A DNA stretch of 64,000 nt from a virus: IMG/VR virus record IMGVR_UViG_2140918012_000003; one strand, 5' to 3'. Both the position numbers and the translations under genes were made by a program. The notes under the pieces are model-generated. The model saw nothing but the letters and a program-made list of their open reading frames with translations. It was not told the origin of the DNA and ran no database searches. Below are positions 37,745-45,005 of the stretch, piece by piece; within the stretch, counting starts at the first letter, position 1, and every line of letters begins with the position of its first letter.

Positions 37745-38013
37745 CCGACGAATTCATAGTGTTCAAGGTCACCAAGGACGTACCGCATCGTAGGAGCCGC
37801 TATTTTTTCAAAAAAGGCGACGTTGCTCGTGTCATGCAGCAGCCAGGTGGGGCAATCCTCAAACTTTATAGTGGTAAAACAGTGTACCTCACCGAGTTTG
37901 AATTCGCCAACTGGACACGCAAGGCAGACCCGCAAAAGCGCCTGGACAGGGCGAAGATCGCGGCGTTCTTACTGACTGATGCCGGGGGAGCTAGCTGGGC
38001 GACGCCTGAATAG
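37741..38013 (+). CDS. IAA(F/Q)LL-motif family protein
   Basis: LDRAKIAAFLLT. Confidence 0.65.
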   Translation: MTDEFIVFKVTKDVPHRRSRYFFKKGDVARVMQQPGGAILKLYSGKTVYLTEFEFANWTRKADPQKRLDRAKIAAFLLTDAGGASWATPE

Positions 38014-38017
38014 ACAC

Positions 38018-38335
38018 ATGAAAACACCCAGCCGCATACCAGCAGCGAACACGTTTGAGTTCGTGGAAATACTAGCTGATAAAAGTGCTTGGAGCAGAAG
38101 CTTAAAAGGTATCGTGGGTATTGGCTACTACGCTAATAAGCGTGATGGGTGGCTGCGAATTGCTTGTGCTCATCCTGATCTTGATGGTGTATCAACGATC
38201 ACGCTAGCTACGAAAGAATTCCGAGTACTCGACACAAACAAACAATCTGATGCTGCCCTGATTGCGGCGTTTTTGTTGCTGCACCCGGAAGTCGCAGAGT
38301 GGGCAAACTCTGCTACCGTAAACTGGGGCAAATAA
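38018..38335 (+). CDS. IAA(F/Q)LL-motif family protein
   Basis: FRVLDTNKQSDAALIAAFLLLHPE. Confidence 0.7.
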   Translation: MKTPSRIPAANTFEFVEILADKSAWSRSLKGIVGIGYYANKRDGWLRIACAHPDLDGVSTITLATKEFRVLDTNKQSDAALIAAFLLLHPEVAEWANSATVNWGK

Positions 38336-38604
38336 CCTAAGAGCCACTGTAAAACAAGCTTGACAACTAAGTCTCACCTGTGCTTTTCAGCAATCAGCCG
38401 CTCGATACGCGCCCGCCCATCCCCGCGCCCGACGACGACAGCATTTGAAGAGCCGTGCAAGTATATTATGCATGAAAATATCGTAGCTAGTATGGTCTTG
38501 CCTGTCAAGAAAAACAAGTTTCTTGACAAGCTTTACCAGCCCCAGTTAGAATCCTAAAATGGCAACGTGCCAGAAAAGACGAAGGCTGGAACGAGGAGTA
38601 GGGG

Positions 38605-39027
38605 ATGTCGATCTATAATCCCGACACTGGCGATTTGAACATTCCAGATGGATATGCGCTACACTTGGGAAAAATCGGTGTCAAGTACCCGCCTGGGCGT
38701 AGCCTCCTCGATGAGCTAGTCCCAGAGCGCCGCACCCATATTTTTGCGCTGGACCCAAGGAAATGGATTCCAACCTATTGGAGCCTTACAGGTAAAGATC
38801 AGCACAAGGTAGTTCACTATAAACCGTCGGTGGTAGAGATTGTTCCCGGTACGCTGGTAGCTGATATGCGTTACGCAAATCGCTATCTGTGGTCCGGCGA
38901 TGAGCATGCAGCGAGACGATATGCACGGCTGGTCCTCCCTTATGAGGAAGCCAATATTGACGAGTACCACTTGCCAGAGCTTTTGATCCCAGCGAGGGCA
39001 TCAAGGCGTTTGAAAGGCCGAGGTTAA
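38605..39027 (+). CDS. hypothetical protein
   Basis: 140-aa ORF, AGGAG upstream. Confidence 0.65.
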   Translation: MSIYNPDTGDLNIPDGYALHLGKIGVKYPPGRSLLDELVPERRTHIFALDPRKWIPTYWSLTGKDQHKVVHYKPSVVEIVPGTLVADMRYANRYLWSGDEHAARRYARLVLPYEEANIDEYHLPELLIPARASRRLKGRG

Positions 39028-39028
39028 A

Positions 39029-39382
39029 TTGGTTGCCGACCTGCTCTATGGGCGCTGCGCAACCCTAGCCATTGCGCTCCACAAGCTGACTGGCCTTCCT
39101 CTTTATGGCCTCACAGGATACGACGAGGGCATTGGGCAAGAAGCGCTAATCCATGCCTATGTGCGCTGGAAGGACGACCTGATTATCGATGTCAAAGGTC
39201 CTCGTCAATATGAGGACATGATCTCAGATTTCATGGATGACCCAGCAATGGTAGACGCTGGTGAATCAAAGTTCTCTGTCGCAGACCTATCCAAAATGGC
39301 GACTGGCAGCCGGCGTTGCCCGTCCCTCAAAAGCGTCGAGCCTATCGCGAAGCGGATCTGGCAGCTTGCCAACAGCCGTTAA
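39029..39382 (+). CDS. papain-fold small protein (putative), paralog of 24474
   Basis: GRCATLAIALHKLTGLP...IHAYV...IDVKG. Confidence 0.6.
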   Translation: MVADLLYGRCATLAIALHKLTGLPLYGLTGYDEGIGQEALIHAYVRWKDDLIIDVKGPRQYEDMISDFMDDPAMVDAGESKFSVADLSKMATGSRRCPSLKSVEPIAKRIWQLANSR

Positions 39383-39840
39383 TCACTGCTGAGGTACGCC
39401 CCCCATTCGGGCAACAGGTCACGAATATCCACACCGTCCGCATAGTATTTCTCCAGGACGCGAAACAGCCTTTCTGTTTCTCTACGACGTGTCGCAGCCG
39501 CCGCCTTTATCATTTGCCGCTTAGATGCCGCCCCGGCTGCACCTGGGTAAGCTTGAGCATAGAACGGGTCGCGGACGGGTTTATCCAGCATCTCCGCTAA
39601 GCGTAGTATCTCCTTTTCAGGATCGATTTTCTTGGGATCAGCCGTCAGGCCCACTCGTGGATTCCAATCGGGAGCAACGGGTCGCAGGGTGCGGACACTC
39701 AACTTATAAAGAGCGCCCTGCTCATCGCACTCCGGCATTTTGAACCCACCATCGGATAGTTCATAAGCAGCGGAGACCCTGCCACGCTGTGCGATAAAGG
39801 GATACCAGGCACCGCCGTCACAGATCATGTAGCCTCTCAT
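39379..39840 (-). CDS. hypothetical protein
   Basis: 153-aa ORF; TTGACA-18-TAGGCT promoter (39877-39848) 7 nt upstream. Confidence 0.65.
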   Translation of the reverse strand: MRGYMICDGGAWYPFIAQRGRVSAAYELSDGGFKMPECDEQGALYKLSVRTLRPVAPDWNPRVGLTADPKKIDPEKEILRLAEMLDKPVRDPFYAQAYPGAAGAASKRQMIKAAAATRRRETERLFRVLEKYYADGVDIRDLLPEWGAYLSSD

Positions 39841-39984
39841 GTTGCGGAGCCTACTGCTGCATCATACTTGGTGTCAAGAAATTCGGGTTACGGGCGGCTG
39901 TTATTCGCTGGGTGAGCCCCAATCACGCACGCTTACGCCTCCTAGGAAGCTCTCAGAGCCCTCCAAAATAGGGTTTAAGGGCCT

Positions 39985-40380
39985 TTAGACCCGGACCTGG
40001 TACACGTGCTTATTCCGTTCGTACCAGTCAGCGACCCCCGGTTGCGTGAGCAAAAAGGCTGAGATGAGGGCTGCGTCAGTTGGGTCATTCCGGTCTAGTA
40101 CCCGATACTGATCTGAATTAAGCTCGACGGAGATGCAATTATCAAGGTCCCCGAACGTCGCTTGACCTTCCTGCGGTATGACGACCATAGCTACATCTAT
40201 GGATATAGCTGCATCTACGTGGCCCGCGTACACGATGCCTACTGTATCTATTTCGGCATAGACGCCTTCGATACGGGTTTCGCAGGGCTTGAGCAAAACT
40301 ATGATCTTTCCAACGTGCGGATGATGAATCTGGGTTGCCGGCCAACGGTCTTTGGACACTACAGCATAGCATGTTATCAT
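39985..40380 (-). CDS. IAA(F/Q)LL-motif family protein
   Basis: YRVLDRNDPTDAALISAFLLTQP. Confidence 0.7.
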   Translation of the reverse strand: MITCYAVVSKDRWPATQIHHPHVGKIIVLLKPCETRIEGVYAEIDTVGIVYAGHVDAAISIDVAMVVIPQEGQATFGDLDNCISVELNSDQYRVLDRNDPTDAALISAFLLTQPGVADWYERNKHVYQVRV

Positions 40381-40589
40381 ACAGGCAGCCGTTTGTACAG
40401 GCCCGCCCCCTCTGGGCTGGCCTTCTGGGGGCTGGAGAGGGGCCTGGAGGCTGCGGGGTAGGGCCTAGGGGGCTCAGAGCCCACCTGGGGGCCTGTTAAT
40501 AACAGGTTGTAATTATTAACCAAATCGGCTATTAACGGTGCAGAAAACAGTGGGGTTAGCGTGGTAGCAGGAGGCGCGTTGCGCGTGTG

Positions 40590-40626
40590 ATTTCAGGTAC
40601 TTAGAATCAGCTAAGTAGCTGGAAAT
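40590..40626. other. candidate tyrosine-recombinase (att-like) core site
   Basis: ATTTCAGGTACTTAG-aatcag-CTAAGTAGCTGGAAAT: imperfect inverted arms around a 6-bp spacer, about 100 bp upstream of the recombinase gene. Confidence 0.45.
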
Positions 40627-40722
40627 ACTGTAAGTTATTGATATCATTAGGGAATACGATAACTTTCCCTTTCCAATCAAATAAGCATTTGTTTGGATAA
40701 GAATATGTGATAGCGTGTTTGC

Positions 40723-42057
40723 ATGGGTTCCGAGGCAGACAAAAGCACTGAAAAAGCCCTAGTAATCGCATCTAGCGCTGAAATCAGCGAAAATTCGCCT
40801 ACTAGCACAGGGTTGGTAATTCATAATAGCCCAGCTAATAATAGAGGGATAGTCAGTCGGCTCGCCGCGCCCTCGACCGAGCTAGCCCCAAGGCGCATCA
40901 CCGCAGCATCAGCCGGCGTCCAGCCCCCTAAGGCAGCGCATGTATTCACCTTCTCTATAGCTGACATCGATGATAGCCTACGCAACAACGCCAAATTAGC
41001 GTACGAGGCTTGGCTTAACCACAAACCAAAATCTAAGAGAGCCTACGTCGATAGTTTCAAAGCGTTCATGCGTTTCGTTGGAGCCACGACAACAGAAGAC
41101 GCAGCAGCCTTCCTCTTAGCTGGTGGCCATGTGCATGCTCAGGCCATCTTGGCAAATTTTGCCAAGCACTTGTTAACCGCTCAACGGGTCACGATGACCG
41201 GCCGTAGAACGATTGCGCCTGACTTAACCAGGTTGCCAACCACGGTACGGAATAGGCTGGCTGCGGTGCGATCCTTTTTGAAGTCAGCTAACACCAACAA
41301 TGTAATCGACTGGACTGTAGAATTCAAACCAAAAGACCACAACATACCAGCAGCCAGGCCATACTCAAAAGTAGAAGGCCCAGGCGCCAAGATGCTGGAG
41401 GTTATCTACGACCACTATACGAATGGGCTTGATGCGGCACGAGCTTCTGGAGATTCAAAAACCGCGACCAGGCTGGCTCGGGACTTTGCTATCTTGTCTC
41501 TCATGATGTTTGCAGCCCTGCGGCGTAAAGAGATAGCTGGTCTAGAAATCACCGATATTGACCTGACTGACTTGTCCAGCGCTCGCGTTAACATCCTAGG
41601 AAAAGGGCGAGAGCACAAGGAATGGTTCAATGTTACGAAAGAAGCGGTCATGCCGATATCTGAATGGTTGACCTACCGGTCAACCGTCGAGGGAGCAGAT
41701 CGGCATAATAACCTCTTCATTTCTTTGTCCACACGCAGCGATGAAAAAGGTACACCTCTTCGCCTCAACGCCTACAACGATATTCTTGCTGAACTAGAAA
41801 TAACCCTAGGCTTGCCACCTGGTGTGTACCTGAAGCCTCATGGCTTTCGGCATACTGCGATTACATACGCCTATGAAAATTACGGAGAGCAGGCTGCTAT
41901 CGCCCTGGCACGACATGCGGATCTTGCGACCACGATGCGCTACATCGATAGTATCAGGAAAGCCCTTGCAAGTCTAGAAGCTATGCGTGGGTTGGCAGAA
42001 AAAATAGCAAGGAGACGACCCGCCGTGATGGCGCTACCAATCTCCTATTCGCCCTGA
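40723..42057 (+). CDS. tyrosine recombinase/integrase (XerC/D-like)
   Basis: catalytic residues present: ALRRKEI (R), GKG (K), PHGFRH (HxxR), ARHADLATTMRY (H, Y). Confidence 0.93.
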   Translation: MGSEADKSTEKALVIASSAEISENSPTSTGLVIHNSPANNRGIVSRLAAPSTELAPRRITAASAGVQPPKAAHVFTFSIADIDDSLRNNAKLAYEAWLNHKPKSKRAYVDSFKAFMRFVGATTTEDAAAFLLAGGHVHAQAILANFAKHLLTAQRVTMTGRRTIAPDLTRLPTTVRNRLAAVRSFLKSANTNNVIDWTVEFKPKDHNIPAARPYSKVEGPGAKMLEVIYDHYTNGLDAARASGDSKTATRLARDFAILSLMMFAALRRKEIAGLEITDIDLTDLSSARVNILGKGREHKEWFNVTKEAVMPISEWLTYRSTVEGADRHNNLFISLSTRSDEKGTPLRLNAYNDILAELEITLGLPPGVYLKPHGFRHTAITYAYENYGEQAAIALARHADLATTMRYIDSIRKALASLEAMRGLAEKIARRRPAVMALPISYSP

Positions 42058-42099
42058 AACTGACGGTCGCTAGTCGCTAAAATGGACCAACCACCCAAC

Positions 42100-44286
42100 T
42101 TGCACTGTTCGCCTAAATTTCCAGTCAGGGACCTCGGTCAGTTGCACTGTTCGCCTAGTCAGGCTTACCTCACAGAAGTGCGGCACGCAAGCGCCGAATC
42201 GCGCTGGCCAAGGACCGCTTCTTGGCCGACAGGCCGAACCTGATCATACTCTCGATCTGAAAGTAGGTCAGGTCTCTATTGACCGCGTTAACGCTGTCAG
42301 CGACCTGCTGCTCTAGTTCTGCCTCGGGCAGTTCCTCTACAAATCCGAGTAGGTTGAGAAGATTTTCACGGGTTCCCTAGGTCACGCCTGGGCATCTTTA
42401 CTTAGCTCTTCAATGAACGAACGGTCGGTTTACGACCCTTCCATTTACTATCGCGAACAGGCTTGATCGTACACAACGGGCCATCCGGTCAGCACACACG
42501 ATCAAACACGGGTGGACGCAATTGCACTGTTCGCCAGAGAGTCGTCGCATGTCAGATTGCACTGTTTGCCTTGAAGACCTGCGTTGGCTTCCAGGATTAC
42601 TGCACTGTTCACCGAACATTTCACGTCGCGGGTATTTTTCTCTTGCACTGTTCGCCGCTAAGTTTTTTAATCTACGAGTACTTCCTTTTGCACTATTCGC
42701 TTGCGGGCCTGCACTGTTCACCCTAAATGGTCGCCTTTCGCGCCAAGTACTTGCTTGCACTGTTTGCCGCCAAAGTCAACATGGTCATCCACGACACTTG
42801 CACTGTTCTTCCCAAAGTCGAGGAAACAACTCGACGAGATAGCTTGCACTGTTTGCCACACTTGAGGAATGATCTGCTCAGAAACCGTGGAAGTCGCATT
42901 CAGGTCGATTGACGGCGCCCGCTCAATGGCTTCGCGCAGGGCCGCTCCAGAGTCGCATTGCACTATTCGCTAAAAAGGTTATGGCCAAAAAGAGAAACTT
43001 GCACTATTCGCACCTCAGGCACAACGTCGATCTGGGGCGACTCAAAAACTTGCACTGTTCGCTTAAATTCGCCGTCATGCTTTTTCGCCTAAGTTGAGAA
43101 AATCGAGCGCTCTGCACTATTCGCCTGAATCAGCGTGAAAACCATGGCGCTCCTGGACCGACCTTGCACTGTTCGCCTGATAACAAAGCTGCGTGGGCCA
43201 AGCTGCGGCAGCACAAATTGCACTGTTCGCCTAAATTGCCTCTCGCCACATAACCTCAACTAGACGTGTACATTATTGCACTGTTCGCGTCAAGACCTTT
43301 TTGAACAAAGGCCAGGTCTCCCAGATGGATTGCACTGTTTGCCAAATTTAGCAAGGGCGGCTGCACATGCTGCACTGTTCACCTTAAAGAGCGTCGCGTC
43401 GTACACCTTGCACTGTTTCGCCTAAACCCTGAGAGCGTTCAGACCGCCTTTCCGTATTGCACTGTCCTTGAAAAAGTACGACAACCGCTGGTCTTGCATT
43501 GTTCGCCAGACTAATACGAGGGCGCGCTTTCTTCTTGCACTGTTTTGCCATCGACGGCGCCGAGTAATTGCACTGTTTCGCCTAAACCATGTTCTTCCCC
43601 AGAAGAACTCCGTCTTGCACTATTCGCAGACCTGATACCCCTTGCACTGCTCGCCATCCTCTTTAACCACCAGGTAGAACCGCCACTGGATTTGCACTGC
43701 TTCGCCAGCCAGTCCAACGAGATCATCTTACACTGTTCGCCACAGAGGAACCATCATGCGCTATTGCACTGTATCGCGACTTTGCACAACGGGAAACTAG
43801 TCGGAATCGAACCGAATTTGCACTACTCGCTAAGAAGATTGAAGATGTTGTCTTTGCACTGTTTTAGCACAAATTCCTGAGACGAATTGCATTGCTCGCC
43901 TAGAAGCCGAAAGTGGTAGACGGCTTGCACTGTTTCGCCAACACACTCTCATCGTCGTCGGCACTTGCACTGTTTTGCCTAAAGCTTAATCACGTCCGCA
44001 ATCTGAATTGCACTGCTCGCGTTTAGGGGAGCGTCTTCCGATCTTAGCGCTGCCCTTCAAGGGAGGATGTTTGTGCCAACAGCTTTCTTGCACTGTTCAC
44101 CTGATGAATCATGCTCCACATCAGGCCAGCTTCTCGCAGTCGCCATGCTCGGATAATCGAATTTGCACTGCTCACCTGAACCCATCACAAACAGTCGTGA
44201 CGCTCGCCGCTTGCACTGTTCTGCCCTATTTCAAAATTATCAAAGATCGAATGTTCACCTGGGACTACTCTACTGCATTATTCGCC
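42100..44286 (-). CRISPR. non-canonical CRISPR-like array: about 40 x 14-bp repeat (+ strand TTGCACTGTTCGCC; - strand GGCGAACAGTGCAA) with unique spacers
   Basis: 40 copies counted by eye from 42100 to 44273; 31 of 39 periods are 33-58 bp; adjacent to a Cas12f-like gene and an anti-repeat hairpin. Confidence 0.75.
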
Positions 44287-44298
44287 AGTAAGAAAAGT

Positions 44299-44384
44299 GG
44301 GGTGCCCGCCGATTGGCGAACTTACGCGGAGCAACGTCCACGCATCCGGCACAAGTGCAATTGGCCGTCGGAGACGGGCACCCC
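44299..44384 (-). ncRNA. putative tracr/scaffold RNA with split anti-repeat
   Basis: 10-bp perfect terminal stem (GGGGTGCCCG/CGGGCACCCC) plus CCGA/TCGG; contains GGCGAAC (44315-21) and AGTGCAA (44354-60), the two halves of the repeat in inverted orientation; inner stem needs G-U pairs available only on the - strand. Confidence 0.7.
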
Positions 44385-44396
44385 GAATTTGTGTGG

Positions 44397-45005
44397 TTAC
44401 GCGGCGACAGCCTCCTGGGTGCGCTCCACGTTTACGCCCAGCCCCATAAGGCCACCACAGGCGATATCCACGGCAGTCCTGTGCTTGCCTGGATCTAGCT
44501 CTGCAATGATCGAGAGTACATCAATGGCGCGTTGCAGTTTGTCAGAAACTACGCCCCTTTTTTGTTTGGGCACCGCAACACCAAGGGCCAGGGCTTCTTC
44601 CCTCACGATATTGGCGACATGCCGATCTGAAGGTGTAGTGCCAGCTTCTGCTTGAAAAGACAGCAAGTGGGCTTTGACGTTTTCGTAGATGGCAGTACTG
44701 GCCTTCTTGGCAAGCTTCGGATCTGAAGCGTCAAGAGCACCGGCTAGAGCACACGCCCCAGCAAGACCAAGAGCATCGGCCCGCTTGCGCCCGTAGCGCT
44801 TAACGGCGCTATTATACTTGTTGTAAGTGGCCACCGAAACATGGAGCACTTCGCGCAGCAACTGGTCAAACGTCTTAAATTGGCCGACCCAGCTTTGCGA
44901 CTGGTCAAACTCCAAACACAGACCGAAGACCCGCAGCTTGGCCGCTTCGCCTTCTTTCTTGGCGTCCAGAATGTCAGTTACAAATGTTGCAAAGCTCTTT
45001 TTCAT
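44397..45005 (-). CDS. hypothetical protein, putative HTH DNA-binding accessory of the Cas12f-like locus
   Basis: 202 aa; ATGA overlap with the Cas12f-like gene; W..QFKTFDQLLREVLHVS..TY resembles phage HTH-type motifs. Confidence 0.7.
   Translation of the reverse strand: MKKSFATFVTDILDAKKEGEAAKLRVFGLCLEFDQSQSWVGQFKTFDQLLREVLHVSVATYNKYNSAVKRYGRKRADALGLAGACALAGALDASDPKLAKKASTAIYENVKAHLLSFQAEAGTTPSDRHVANIVREEALALGVAVPKQKRGVVSDKLQRAIDVLSIIAELDPGKHRTAVDIACGGLMGLGVNVERTQEAVAA

Noticed and set aside
213-39004. Numerous minus-strand ORFs in the track overlapping the plus-strand gene block
   Set aside because: Shadow ORFs antisense to better-supported genes, without RBS, promoter or recognisable motifs.
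42170-42385. TAG stop-codon reassignment (alternative genetic code)
   Set aside because: Many well-supported genes in the window end in TAG (e.g. infA, the GNAT) and long genes are uninterrupted under code 11.
42100-44286. Canonical CRISPR-Cas locus
   Set aside because: Repeats are only 14 bp (about 17 with flank), spacer lengths vary widely, and no cas1/cas2/cas4 is in the window; reported as CRISPR-like instead.
42100-44286. TIGR-Tas array
   Set aside because: No alternating edge/loop repeats with fixed 36-nt periodicity, and no Nop-domain protein nearby.
40723-44286. Classical integron (IntI with attC cassettes)
   Set aside because: Only a partial GCCTAAA resemblance to R''; no paired R'/L boxes, most units are too short to hold genes, and the IntI-specific insertion was not recognised.
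42100-44286. Self-targeting spacers within this window
   Set aside because: No match found for the spacers checked by eye; an exhaustive alignment could not be run, so no claim is made.
42410-44655. ORFs in the track overlapping the array (e.g. 42463, 42522, 43545, 44008) with recurring LHCS/CTV peptides
   Set aside because: The peptide repeats are just the DNA repeat read in shifting frames; spacing is not a multiple of three and no continuous frame spans the array.
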